A stretch of 63,435 bases of DNA, the filler included, from Octopus bimaculoides (taxonomy: Eukaryota), in assembly GCF_001194135.2 (NCBI RefSeq). It is 9 parts of 8 records of this genome, joined end to end, with 100 filler letters (N's around TTAATTAATTAA, not from the genome) between each part and the next. Parts side by side here need not be neighbours in the genome. Positions count along the whole stretch, not along the records: positions 8,812 to 17,202 come from NC_068993.1; positions 17,303 to 25,823 come from NC_068982.1; 7 more parts are not named here. One strand, given 5' to 3'. Both the position numbers and the translations under genes were made by a program. The first letter of the stretch is position 1. Each line of letters opens with the position of its first letter. This document shows positions 11,361 to 23,830 of the stretch, piece by piece. Under the pieces are notes generated by a model that was not told the DNA's origin, made no database searches, and was given only the letters and a program-made list of their open reading frames with translations.

Positions 11361-12433
11361 CGAATGTACGCTCTAATATGACGGTATTAGTTTTAATTGC
11401 TCCACTTTAGTTTGAAATGTTAATTGCACTCGTGTTTGAAATTGTATACTAAATTCGTAGTTAAATTAGCCGAGGGAAATGTAAAAACATGGGAGTTGAA
11501 ATGTATCTAGGAAAGAATCTCGAGCATCATAATGAGGAGCAACTAGGCCAGAATATATTTACAACTTGTCGCAGCGTTAAATGGAAAGGGGGGGGTATAA
11601 TCAAAGAATCACGAAAGAAAGAAACATGAGATAGAAAAAAAGAAGGAAAAAAAGACGAATGAAAAGAAAGTATGAAAGATAGACAAATACAGAAAAAGAA
11701 AGAACGAATGACTGAGAGAAATATCAATATGGAATGAAAGAAAAGTAGTTTAAATAAAAACGAAAAGATTAACGGATGCTGCCACCAATAAAAATACGAA
11801 GAACAACCTAGATAAAAAGGTTTTTATCTGGATTATTCTTATTTCTATTTATTAATAAAGTCACTTTTTAGTAGACTGTAAATTTCAAATGATATTACTA
11901 TCGTTATATATTGAGCAATTTCCAGCAACCAATTAGACGAGTTCATTTCGTACATGACGTATTTGCCTTATAAAAAAACATTTCATATCGATAAATTCAA
12001 TCCTGAATTCATTAACATTAAAACAAAAATAGAAATAAGCGATTCTCTTGCATTTGTGTATTTTATACATATGATACTGAAGACAAGAATTTCACGTGAT
12101 TTAGCAAATGAAAAGATTTTTAAAATATCACGTATTTAGTGCACGGTAATTAAATAGGAGAATGTGCCGTGCATTTTCTTAAATCTTTTCGACGACTAAT
12201 TACATTTTGATCGTTCACGAGTATTTTTACTAATATATATTTTCACGCTGTTTCTCCACATTAGTTTGAATAATCAACAAGGTCAAAGTTGAAGACACAA
12301 CTCTACAAGGTTTATCTTCTAATACACACTGAGGATTCAGAAGTTTCCTCGGTTGCCAGTATTCTCCATTAATTCGTTTATTACAGTAGCGTTTGCATAA
12401 GAATATATTTGTATGTGTGTGTTTGTGTTTATG

Positions 12434-12496
<63 letters not shown>

Positions 12497-12938
12497 CATA
12501 AACACACACGTGAGTGCACACATAAATAGATGTGTGTGTATGTGTGTGCGTGCGTTTGTGGTGTTGTTAACATTTAACAAATGACAATGTCCTCATCAAT
12601 TCATAATTGTTTTATCCAACCACTTCCCCCCTTTCCACCCTTAATCATTATTTGCCGGGGTTTACCGTGTCTGTTTACAAGCGAATTCATCATTTACAAC
12701 GACTACAGCAACTACTACGATGCTGTTAATTTTACTACCTACGACTAAATACTACTACCACTACCACCGCCACTACTACTAACAGCACAACTATCACTAA
12801 TTGCTTCTACTACTACTATTACTACAACCACCACCACTGCTACTACTAACTACTTGTACCACAACTGCCACCACCATCAACATCACCAACACCACAGCCC
12901 CTACCATCATTATCATCACTATTACTACTACTTCTACC

Positions 12939-12974
<36 letters not shown>

Positions 12975-13150
12975 CTTTTCTATTATAGGCACAAGGCCTG
13001 AAATTTGAGGGGAGGGGATTAGTCGATTGCGTCGACTCCAGCGGTATTTCGTCTGTCTTTACGGTATGAGTTTAAAATTCCGCCTACGGGGTCGATAAAT
13101 TAAGTACCAGTTGCTTACTGGAATCAATCTAATCGACTGACCCACTCTCC
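12975..13150. mobile_element. Chimeric SINE B: minus-strand 3' end fused to plus-strand body
   Basis: GGCACAAGGCCTGAAATTT..GTCGATTGCGTCGACTCCAG (minus, to ~13041) runs directly into CGGTATTTCGTCTGTCTTTACG..GGGGTCGATAAATTAAGTACCAG..AATCGACT (plus). Confidence 0.7.
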
Positions 13151-14321
13151 CATATACATACTTGCACGCATACGCCCACACAAACACACAGACACACATA
13201 CTTAAATGCATGCACACATAGTAGAGGTGAAGTGTTGTGTAACCATGCCGTTCTAATGATCTGATGAGCTATCTTTCTTTATCTGCTTTCATTTGTAAGT
13301 ATACACTTGTATTCTATAATTCATATCATGCATATTAGTATAGACATATAAAATAACTCACACACTAAAATTATTATTATGTGAAGAGAGCTACGAAACG
13401 GCTGTAATCTTAAGAACATCAAGCGGTTAGATAAATCTATTCACCTCATATACCTCTTGACATTTTATGGTTTATATTCTCCTCATGAAATAATTGTAAT
13501 AATCTCATCGATCGAATTTACTGGACTTCAGCTGCAAACAACTCTGCATTATACTCCTCTGTATTGGCTTACTAAGTTGTCTGTTAGCCGATTCTGCTGG
13601 AGGAGCTTTCGATGGTAGCCACACAATTCTACGAATATTAATATTATATAACTATACATGCATTGTTTACTTTATTTACTTTATTTTCGCCCGTAGGTTC
13701 GGACCATAAAAGTCACAATAGTGATTTAAGATTTAAAACTGCATTAGATTCTGATAATTCACTGTTCTTCTAATATCAAGGACTCTCCATTCTTATTTTA
13801 AATGTATGGCAACTGTGTACTTGCTATAACATACATTCTCACATACACTCATATACATATATATACAGACACATCTGTGTACACACGCACACACGCACAA
13901 ACAAATATATATATATATATATATATATANNNNNNNNNNNNNNNNNNNNNNNNNNNNNNNNNNNNNNNNNNNNNNNNNNNNNNNNNNNNNNNNNNNNNNN
14001 NNNNNNNNNNNNNNNNNNNNNNNNNNNNNNNNNNNNNNNNNNNNNNNNNNNNNNNNNNNNNNNNNNNNNNNNNNNNNNNNNNNNNNNNNNNNNNNNNNNN
14101 NNNNNNNNNNNNNNNNNNNNNNNNNNNNNNNNNNNNNNNNNNNNNNNNNNNNNNNNNNNNNNNNNNNNNNNNNNNNNNNNNNNNNNNNNNNNNNNNNNNN
14201 NNNNNNNNNNNNNNNNNNNNNNNNNNNNNNNNNNNNNNNNNNNNNNNNNNNNNNNNNNNNNNNNNNNNNNNNNNNNNNNNNNNNNNNNNNNNNNNNNNNN
14301 NNNNNNNNNNNNNNNNNNNNN

Positions 14322-14385
<64 letters not shown>

Positions 14386-14653
14386 CTGTTTCGGAGTGAG
14401 CGCTGGTACATGTGTGCGCGTGCGTTAGTGATATAAAGATATTTGCCGTAGATAATGCTATGTGATAGATAACATAGCTATTTTAGTTTTAACGCAATTA
14501 GCCAACTTGCTATAGAATGAACATGGATATTTGTGTGAGTGTGTATGTGTGTGTGTGTGTGTGTGTATGTCTGTGTGTGTGTGTGTGTGTGTGTCGATGT
14601 GTGAACTTGCAGATACATGTATATATATGTATAAATATATACATACGTGTAGA

Positions 14654-14684
<31 letters not shown>

Positions 14685-15610
14685 TTATATATACATGTGT
14701 GTGTGTGTGTGTTTGTGTGTACACACTATATACATCTGTATATTCATATTTATATACTTGTAAATATATATATGTATATTGTTATATATATATATATATA
14801 TATATATATACTCACATATATACATAGTTACATACATATATATACTTATATATATGCATACACATGCATATATATACTTATATATATACATATACACACA
14901 CACACATATATATACTTATATATATATATATATATACATATATANNNNNNNNNNNNNNNNNNNNNNNNNNNNNNNNNNNNNNNNNNNNNNNNNNNNNNNN
15001 NNNNNNNNNNNNNNNNNNNNNNNNNNNNNNNNNNNNNNNNNNNNNNNNNNNNNNNNNNNNNNNNNNNNNNNNNNNNNNNNNNNNNNNNNNNNNNNNNNNN
15101 NNNNNNNNNNNNNNNNNNNNNNNNNNNNNNNNNNNNNNNNNNNNNNNNNNNNNNNNNNNNNNNNNNNNNNNNNNNNNNNNNNNNNNNNNNNNNCACACAT
15201 GTACATACACATACACATTGTGTTTAATATCATATGCCCGAAGATAATGGTCCGATCAAACATTCGATTTTTATGTAACACACCTTTTCTTTTAAAATTT
15301 TAACCTTGTGATTCTGTTAACTCTGATGAGAGAAATATAGAATATTGCTATGGTTGGAGTTAGCTCACCCATAGCAATCTATATCTTTTCGAAACAGCCG
15401 TAAGATTTTATACATATTCCAGACCCCTTATGAATCATTTTACATTCGCTTTATCTTCCTCTTCATTCAGACTTCGCAAGTACATTTATGGACTTACATT
15501 TTTATATATTTATATTTATGAATTTTTATGTGTTTCTAAAATTTTATGTGTATGAATTTTTATATATTTATTAATTTCGTGTATGTATTGATAAATACTT
15601 AGAAATTTTC

Positions 15611-16386
15611 ATATTGGCGGCACAAGATCAAAGCCTGCTCCCCCACCAAAAAAACAAAAACAACAAGGCTAACGTTCTTCAGAACGGTCCTGACCCTAAA
15701 TGCAGATTCTGCGACACATTTCACGAAACAATAAACCATCTTGCCTGGGAGATGTCCTCTGCTTATACCAAGTGAATATAAAAATCGCCACAATAGGGTA
15801 GGACAGTATTTACACTGGAAAATATGTAAACACTACAAAATCAGCACTCCTGCTTACTGGTATGAACATCATCCTGAGCCAGTCGTTGAAGGTAAAAATG
15901 TCACTAACCTCTGGAATTTTCCAGTCAACACTAACAGAACGATCCAGGCTAATCGACCAGACATAAACATTAAAGAGAGTAAGAAAACACTTGTAGACTA
16001 ATAGATGTAAGTGTTACCACTGATAAAAATATATCTGTCAAAGGATTTGACAAATTAAGTAAATATAAGGACCGGGAAATTGAAACACAAAAGAAGTGGA
16101 ACCTTAAAGCGAGAACTGTTCCTGTTATTGTAGGTACCCTAGGTATGATAAGAAAGGGATGCCATTAACATCTAGATAAGGAGAATCATGTCTCAGAGAA
16201 ATCCAAAAGATTGTGCTGACAATTATTGTCCACATTTCTAGAAAAACCCTATCCATTTAAATGTTTGTGTTGTATTACATGAAGATATTTCGCTACTGTC
16301 CCTGTCACTTGCCCTCCCCTAGCTTTCAATCAAGAAGCTGGGTGTGTCTTGGAAAGTGACTGGTACAAATATACAGATTAAAAGTA

Positions 16387-16388
<2 letters not shown>
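15611..16388 (+). mobile_element. R4/Dong-like non-LTR retrotransposon 3' end (CCHC knuckle + restriction-like endonuclease), pseudogenised
   Basis: ILAAQDQSL..CRFCDTFHETINHL..C..EYKNRHNRVGQYLHWKICKHY..WYEH..NRPDI..LIDVSV..KLSKYKD..TVPVIVGTLG..LREIQKIVL..RKTLSI* (16260) with frameshifts, then a UTR and (TAA)n. Confidence 0.88.
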
Positions 16389-16451
<63 letters not shown>

Positions 16452-16500
16452 TAATAATAATAAGGATAATAATAAGGATAATAATAAACAAAAATAATTA
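16389..16500. repeat. (TAA)n tract at the R4/Dong-like 3' junction
   Basis: Direct reading. Confidence 0.95.
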
Positions 16501-17072
16501 TAATTGAGCACTGTGGTCGGTGTTTTCGACTGGCCGAAATCACGAGATTAGTAGTCCTAGTAACGGAAATCTCACACTTGCAATGTAACAGGTAGTGCTT
16601 ATATGCACCAGAAAATCATAGTAAAAATCACAACATTGTTTGTTCCAACACAACTACTTTTTTAGTGGTGATAAATTTTAACTGTTGATACTCATAATGC
16701 TTCCGTCATTAAATCATTATTATTATTATTTTATTATAATTATTGTTGTTGTTGTTATCAGTTTTGTATTTCTTCCTTTATCATTATTGTGGATGTTGTT
16801 GTTACTGTTCCTTGCTCTTTTTTTAGATTGACGAAAACTAGAAGTTAAAACAACAAAGCAGTTCACGACCTTCGTGAGGTAGCACCCACCCGCTTCAGTA
16901 TTGTATCTCGGGTACTCCTTTCCCTTTCAGCCTTCACCTTAACATGTTACGCTTGAATGACAATCTACAGGTTGTCATCACTTGTTGCGTTTCATAGGCA
17001 AATAACTGGGACAATAAAAATAAATCGAATCTCGCCTCCACTTCGCCACCTCCACCTACTTTTCTCTACCCC

Positions 17073-17118
<46 letters not shown>

Positions 17119-17304
17119 TCTCTCTCTCTCTCTTTCTCTCGCTTTCTCTTTCCTCTCTCTCTCCTCTCACTCTTTTTCTGTATCACACTATCTGAAGAAT
17201 GTNNNNNNNNNNNNNNNNNNNNNNNNNNNNNNNNNNNNNNNNNNNNTTAATTAATTAANNNNNNNNNNNNNNNNNNNNNNNNNNNNNNNNNNNNNNNNNN
17301 NNGT

Positions 17305-17357
17305 TATTTACACCACCTGTCCTCGTCTGTTGTTATTATTTGTATATTCTCCCACCT
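17305..17357 (+). mobile_element. Penelope-type terminal repeat 3' tip
   Basis: TACACCACCTGTCCTCGTC..TTCTCCC+(TA)n matches the tip at 47410-47455. Confidence 0.5.
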
Positions 17358-17380
17358 ATATATATATATATATATATATA

Positions 17381-18234
17381 CAGGGTGCGATGGGTAAATT
17401 GTCGCCATTTTATATTTTTAATTTTGCACATTGTTTTTGATTTTGTCAACTACACAGTGTAGTAGGGTCAGTTGGGCACCATCTGTGAGAAAAATAGCAC
17501 CATGATACAATTTACTCTGCCAGAAATTGGAAAACAACATGTACTGCTTGGCATTCATGCCAGAAGCTCCAATATGTACATTTCAGAGTGTTTAAATGTC
17601 AATCTGAAGACATGAACCAAGAGTGATAAAAATAAATCAAATATCCAGTCAACATCATGGTGTTTGGAGTCATCACTAATGATGGCAATGTTATGCCTCC
17701 ATTCATTTTCCCACACAGCCTCACACTCAGCACAGATGCCTACATCAAGTGCCTGAAGGAGGTGGTGCTGTCCTGGGTCAAGAGGGTGGCTCCTGGAAAC
17801 CCTGTGTCTGGCAACAGGAGTCTGCACTATGCCACACAAGCAGTAGAACCCAATCGGACAATTTCTGCGACCACATCACCCCTAACATCTGGCCACCTAA
17901 CTCTCTAGATTATAACCCCCTTGATTATTTTGTGTGGGGTGCAGTTGAACAAGAGACCAACAAAACTCCTTGTAACACCAAAGATGAACTGAAAGCAAGG
18001 ATTATGGCAGCATTCATCAACTTGAACAAGGAGACCATCCAGAAGAGTTGCAAGAGATACTGAAGTCATCTGGAGGCCATGGTTGAAATGAATGGTGATT
18101 TTCTTGAATAAATTCACTCTTTGGTATTCCAAGATATTTTTATGTAATTTTGGTAAATATATCTGTTAAAATGAGATGTTGGTGTTATTTTCATTTTTGC
18201 ATAATTTAGACAACAGTTTATTCACTGCACCCTG
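17381..18234 (+). mobile_element. maT/DD37D-like Tc1/mariner element, internally deleted, both TIRs present
   Basis: TA|CAGGGTGCGATGGGTAAATTGTC ... GACAACAGTTTATTCACTGCACCCTG|TA. Transposase remnants VNIMVFGVITNDGNVMPPFIF and WQQESALCHT..WPPNSLDYNPLDYFVWG..KDELKARI. Spacing in this copy is 34 with D>E; DD37D is inferred from the NPLDY motif. Confidence 0.85.
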
Positions 18235-19434
18235 TATGTGTATANNNNNNNNNNNNNNNNNNNNNNNNNNNNNNNNNNNNNNNNNNNNNNNNNNNNNNNN
18301 NNNNNNNNNNNNNNNNNNNNNNNNNNNNNNNNNNNNNNNNNNNNNNNNNNNNNNNNNNNNNNNNNNNNNNNNNNNNNNNNNNNNNNNNNNNNNNNNNNNN
18401 NNNNNTTCATTTTATCTAGTTTCAGCTCATGAGCTGTGGCCATGCTGGGGCACTGCCATATATATAAACTAGCTTAAAAGCCACCCATTGGATAGCTTTT
18501 AAGCTAACTCTTGTGGAATGCTCTTCATTAGGCCTTAGGCCCAACAGTGACACTTCATGCATTGAGTATATATTAAATTTTATTAAACTTGAACAATATT
18601 TTTCAAGCAAAGAACAATTTTCATCAAAACAATGATATAATCTGTCGACTTGGAACTTATTGCAAAGCTGCATGATAAACAACAGTACCACCACCATTGC
18701 CACCACATCTGCCATGCACACACCATTCAGACATCTGACACCACCACCATCAATACCTTTGATTTCGCCACCTTCCCCTCCACCACCATCACCACTGTCT
18801 TTCACATCGCTTACTCTCATCCCTAACTGCCTTGGCTACCACCACCACCACCACCATCATCACCACCGCCTCCGCCTCCGCCTCTATCACAACTACAGCT
18901 TATACTATTACTATCATCCCATTACCATCACAAAAAGGCTAAATGTGCATGTTCATTCAGTATGTTAATTCAGTATGTTAATTCAGCATGTTAGTTCAGT
19001 GTTCAGTCCTTCTCTCTCTTATTATTGCACCCACTGCCACTATCAACACCACTACTTTTAATAAAAACATCATCAACTCTCCCTAAATTTCTTTGTCTCT
19101 CTCTTTCTCGCCCTCTCTTTTTCTTTCTCTCTCTCTCTCTCTGTCTTTGCCACCACTCTCACCATTTCTATACCTATTACCCTCACCCCAACATGAGCAA
19201 TAGTAGGAGTGTCAATGAATAATGAGAGAGTGGAGTCGAAGTGTGACACACTGACACACAGAAATCAGTTTTCGCATTTATTATATTAGATAAGCATATA
19301 TACATACAAACATGTGGAGGTCATCTTTTGGTTTCCATCTACGAAATCTACTCACAAGGTTTTAGTCAGCTCTACAATATAGTAGAAGACATATATATAT
19401 ATATATACACACATACATACATACATACATATAA

Positions 19435-19694
19435 ATGCGACCTTTGGCATTTTGTTGTGCTTAAGAAGAAGACCCATCAAGCCAAGCAAAATTGCAGTTG
19501 TGGCAAATACCAGTGACTCGCAAATGGCACCCGTGCCAGTGGTACGTAAAAGCACCCATTACACTAATGGAGTGGTTGGCGTTAAGAAGGTCATCCAGCA
19601 GTAGAAACCATACCAAATCAGACTGGAGTCTGATGCAGCCTTCCAACTTGCCAACCCATGCCAGCATGGACAACAGATATAAAATGATGATGAT
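19435..19694 (+). mobile_element. RTE LINE extreme 3' end with tail
   Basis: [16 protein letters not shown], then GGAGTGGTTGGCGTTAAGAAGGTCATCCAGC..CCCATGCCAGCATGG..AAATGATGATGAT. Confidence 0.8.
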
Positions 19695-19764
19695 ATATAC
19701 ATATATACATATATATATATCTATACACACAAACACATTTGTATATAGATATATATCTCTCTCT

Positions 19765-19822
<58 letters not shown>

Positions 19823-19849
19823 TCATACATACACATACATATTTACATT

Positions 19850-20015
19850 ACCATCATCATTTAGTGTCTGTTTTCCATGGAGTTTGACTGAAACCGGTAA
19901 GCTGCATAGCTGCACCAGGTTCCAGTCTGATTTGGCATAGTTTCTACAGCTGGATGCCTTTCCTAACACCAACCACTCCAAGAGTGTAATGGGTACGTTT
20001 TACATACCATCAGCA
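19850..20015 (-). mobile_element. RTE-tailed SINE/LINE 3' end, opposite orientation
   Basis: CATCATCATTTAGTGTCTGTTTTCCATGG..TTTCTACAGCTGGATGCCTTTCCTAACACCAACCACTCC. Confidence 0.8.
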
Positions 20016-20679
20016 TTTTTAGAGCACAACTCTTGAAAGTTGTCTGCCTGCTCTACCTCGACTGGCTGTCACTCATTACCATTCCGTTTATTGTTTTACT
20101 CTTCATAACCTCTAGCTTGACCGACAGGTCACACATTGTGTTTTATTATATGTAAGATATATATATTCAAGATGATTGACAATTTGCTCTACTCAAGAAG
20201 ACCAATTCATCTAAGTAAAATCAAGGCCATAAAGGTAGGTCATTTATGTCTCTGCCCCTGCATACAATCTGTCCCGGACGAATCAGTCACCCACAACTCA
20301 TCTTCCTAATACCTCTCCACTCCCTCCATCTGTGTTCACAATTCGTTGTGTCCCTCTCCCTCTATCTCCCATTCTTCCTTCTCATCCTTGTGAATCTACC
20401 CATAAATCTTTCTTTTTCCCCACAACATATCTTCCTAATACCTACTCCTTCTACATGTGCATATGCATTGCATTCCCCTCCCTTCCATCGCCCAAACTCC
20501 TTTTGCAATACTGCAAACTTATCTGCCCACTCACTCTATCCAACCCTCTGTACTTTTAGAAACAGCCTTGTAACTTGAGTATACACCCTGTCACATTTTT
20601 TCATCATCTCTCTCTCTCACACTCACTCTCTCTCACTCTCTCACTCTCTCACCCTCTCTTTCTCTCTCTCCTCTCTTTT

Positions 20680-21021
20680 CCAACTGGAATAGCCATGTAT
20701 CTCCTCTACAGCAAGACACCTGTTTCTTTCCTTCTGTTCTTACTCTAACCTCTCACACAGCCTGACACACAGCCACCTCCTCAGTAATATTCCCAACTTG
20801 AGGATTTGGTCATGGAAGTTATTTGGTGACCTCACTCTGCTGGCACATGTGCAAAGCACCCAATACACCTGCTGAAGTGGTTGACATTAGAAAGCGCATC
20901 CAGCCATAAAAACCATGCCAAAGCAGCTAATGGAGCTTGATGCAGTCCTTGGACACATCAGACCATGCCAAACTGTTCGACCCATGCCAGCATGGAATAT
21001 GGATGTTAAATGATGATGATG
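20680..21021 (+). mobile_element. RTE-tailed SINE (family C), diverged
   Basis: TGGTGACCTC..AAAGCACCCAATACAC..AAGTGGTTGACATTAGAAAGCGCATCCAGCC..CCCATGCCAGCATGG..GTTAAATGATGATGATG. The 5' boundary is uncertain. Confidence 0.75.
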
Positions 21022-21025
21022 TATA

Positions 21026-21178
21026 TCATCATCATCATCATCATCTTCATTTAACATCCCTCTTCCATACTGGCATAAGCTGGATGGATTGACAGGAACT
21101 GGCAGGCTAGAGGACAACACCAAGCTCCATTGTCTGTTTTGGCATGGTTTTTATGGCTGGATGCCCTTTCTAACACCC
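21026..21178 (-). mobile_element. RTE-tailed SINE 3' part, opposite orientation
   Basis: (TCA)n TTTAACATCC..TTCCATACTGGCAT..GGCATGGTTTTTATGGCTGGATGCCCTTTCTAACACC. Confidence 0.78.
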
Positions 21179-21409
21179 AATATATATTTGTGAACAATAA
21201 GCATCATTGGGCTCAAGTTTCTAACGCACCAATTATTTTTTCTCTGGAATTCTGATGTGGAGAATGACAAGGAATTGACTATAACTCAGTGAATCTCAAG
21301 GAACTTTGTTCTTAAAATTCTAGCATTTTGGTTTTCTGGTTGGTGTTTATATGTTTCACTGATATATTGGATATGCATCTTCAACTGACTTCTTCACAAA
21401 TTTTGTGTG

Positions 21410-21645
21410 CCAATCTCCAGTCATGAAGTATTGATCAATCTGAGGTTTGGCAGAAGACATTTGTCCAAGGTTGTGTTCTTTGAGATCAAACCCAGAACCA
21501 CCTAACCATGTGTAGTGAAGCCATCTGTTCATAGATGCTTAGTAAAGAGAGGTAAAGTTACTCTCGGTGAGATTTGAACTCAGAAACATAAAGGTGTGTA
21601 ACTACAGCCGGTCATTTAGTCCAGCATGCTACTGTTTATGCTACT
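21410..21645 (-). mobile_element. Two adjacent degraded SINE remnants (family A then family B)
   Basis: GAAGACATTTGTCCAAGG..AAACCCAGAACCAC (A-like) and TAAAGTTACTCTCGGTGAGATTTGAACTCAGAA (B-like). Confidence 0.5.
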
Positions 21646-22589
21646 TCATTACTCTAACTTGTCTATTATCAGTATAACTGAAAATAGATCCTCTTCCTAT
21701 TCCTAATTAAGCAGTATTAAGAATGGGCATTGTGCCAAAAAAGCACTGGGTGGAGAGAGAGAATTGCTTCATCATGTTATATATAAATAATTGAATTTGC
21801 AAAAGAACATCTAGCCCATAGCAACATTGGAAAATAGATAAAATTTACATTAAACATATAAATTGGATGGGTACATCAGAGCCAAAATTTTATCAAGTTC
21901 TGTAGACTTCAGATGTCCTTGCTACCAATTACCTACTGATTTCTTAGATAATCTTGTTTATTATCATTAGTTGTACATAAAATAATTGGGTTGACCAAAA
22001 TAAAATACCCACCTCTGTGAGTTATTACTATCTATAGAAAGAACCACCTGAGACAGATGAGTAAATTTCCACTTCTAAGACCAGGTGTAAATTATCTGTT
22101 TTATAGCATATGAAATTAGTATTTTTAGAATCAGAATCTAAGTTATTGCCAACGAATAAACTATTTATTGATCATGTGGTTTACTGTGATGAAATTAAGT
22201 TTTGGGGTATTTTTAAGTATATTGCTTTTAACTTGGCAAAAGAACTCAGGAATGAGGAAACTGGATCATTTTACATTCATATCTTTCTCAAGAGAGATGA
22301 AATGAATTATTTTTAACCAAAATGAGCTTGTATCACAGTTTTAGAACCCACACTCATTATCAACATTTTAAATTCTACAGGCATGAGTTGAATGAGTCTT
22401 TTTAAGGCAGTGTTTTACAACTGTATTCCCTACTTTATGCCAACCCTTACTTGGTTTTTTTCATGTAAGATACTTTATTCCATATCTTTGCATGGTGAGC
22501 TGCCAAACTACCAAACTCTTTGATTATAGGAGACATAAACAGGATCATCACTTTCTATGCAGTACCAATGCAAAGACACACACATTTGA

Positions 22590-22730
22590 CAGGCTGCTAT
22601 TCATTTTCCATCTATCAAATCTCACTCACAAAGCATTGATCAACTTGAGGCAATAGTAGAAAATATTTGTCCAAGATACTTAGCCGCAGAATTCAACCCA
22701 AGTTACAAAATGAACTTCTTAATCACTTAA
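22590..22730 (-). mobile_element. Degraded SINE family A
   Basis: TTTTCCATCTATCAAATCTCACTCACAAAGCATTG..GAGGCAATAGTAGAAAATATTTGTCCAAG. Confidence 0.6.
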
Positions 22731-22762
22731 CTAATTTGTCCTTTATTAATTAGATTACATAA

Positions 22763-22971
22763 AGGTAGTGAGCTAGTAGAATAGTTAGCAAGCCAGACAA
22801 AATGCCTCTATGCATTTTGTCTATCTTTACTTTCTGAGTTCAAATTCCACCGAGGACTCCTTTGTCTTTCATTCTTTCAGGGTCAATAGAATAAGTACCA
22901 GTTACACACTGGGCTCAATGTAATAAACTGGCCCTCTCCCACAAAATATGTGCATATATGCCTATAGTAGA
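22763..22971 (+). mobile_element. Full-length SINE family B, CpG-decayed
   Basis: Colinear with the 58575 copy, but CG has become TG/CA throughout (AGGTAGTGAGCTAGTAGAATAGTTAGCAAGCCAGACAAAATGCC). Confidence 0.8.
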
Positions 22972-23004
22972 ACAGGTTAATTAGGTTGCATACTTCAACA
23001 GTTA

Positions 23005-23260
23005 ATGTTTTCATTATTTTTACATCTGATTTTCCCTGCTTTCATGGATTGGACAAGTCCTTTTTCAATACAGTGTCTTACAATTTGTTGTGTTCCTTGC
23101 CATCTCGTCTGTGAAGTCATTGTCCTGAGCTCAGTTTTCATCATTTCTTCTCATGTCTTACTTGGTCTTTTCCTTTCACTGTTTCCTTCACCTTGGGTCT
23201 TCTAGCACTACCTTTTGTATATTCTAGGAATACATTATCCAAATTACCTTTTTTATTTAA
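23005..23260 (-). mobile_element. Old RTE LINE 3' end whose ORF runs into the shared tail
   Basis: Minus strand reads QGEGNSERKRPSKT*EEMMKTELR.., then GTCCAATCCATGAAAGCAGGGAAATCAGATGTAAAAATAATGA. Confidence 0.6.
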
Positions 23261-23639
23261 GGCAGCAAAATGCAATTTGCAAGATATTTGGCTGTTAATT
23301 TTTAGTGGGTTGAGCAACTTTATAGACTCAGATAATGTATCAGGAGAAGCAACAGGTGTGGAAAAGAAACCACAGGACCTCTTAAAGATTGGCAAAAAAG
23401 CAGAATTTCAGACATGTTAGATATACAGAGTGCACTGGGGATCTGTGAACACAACTTTAGTGAGTTTTAAATGGAAGATGACCTAACATAATGCTATGTG
23501 TTATGGGCTAGATTTTAGCTTACTTATGGCAGAGTCTAATCTGAAAGGAAATGCAGAAGTACACCTTGCTTATGGCTCTAGCCATCAACCACAGCAACTC
23601 AAAGGTCTCAAGCTTCTTGAATGTGGTCAGGTCCTTGTA

Positions 23640-23830
23640 TTCAGGGTTGGGAAAGAGCTGATGGCTGCTAGCAGAGAAGTGTTATCTATGGTCAAGAGAA
23701 AGAAGTATTGTCAATTGTCAGACATTGCAGGAACAGTTGAATTCATACAGTAGGTCCAAGATATTATCAATGACAATGCCATTGCTAAACAGCTCAAGGT
23801 GGCATAGTCCACTATCAGATGTAATCTGTT
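23640..23830 (+). mobile_element. Very degraded maT-like transposase N-terminal remnant
   Basis: VKRKKYCQLSDIAGTVEFIQ*VQDIINDNA..IAKQLKVA*STIR resembles the HTH region of the 61290-62003 copy (IENDLSKPIKSIARDMGVSEVLIR). Confidence 0.4.

Noticed and set aside
13670-13775. Strong polypyrimidine acceptor (TTTATTTTCGCCCGTAG) followed by ~25 open codons
   Set aside because: No donor, no recognisable peptide, and phase incompatible with the 10949 candidate. A similar acceptor near 16826 has stops in all frames.
20240-20590. CT-rich stretch that on the minus strand faintly resembles the RTE RT/Cys-rich region
   Set aside because: Motifs are too degraded to support a call.
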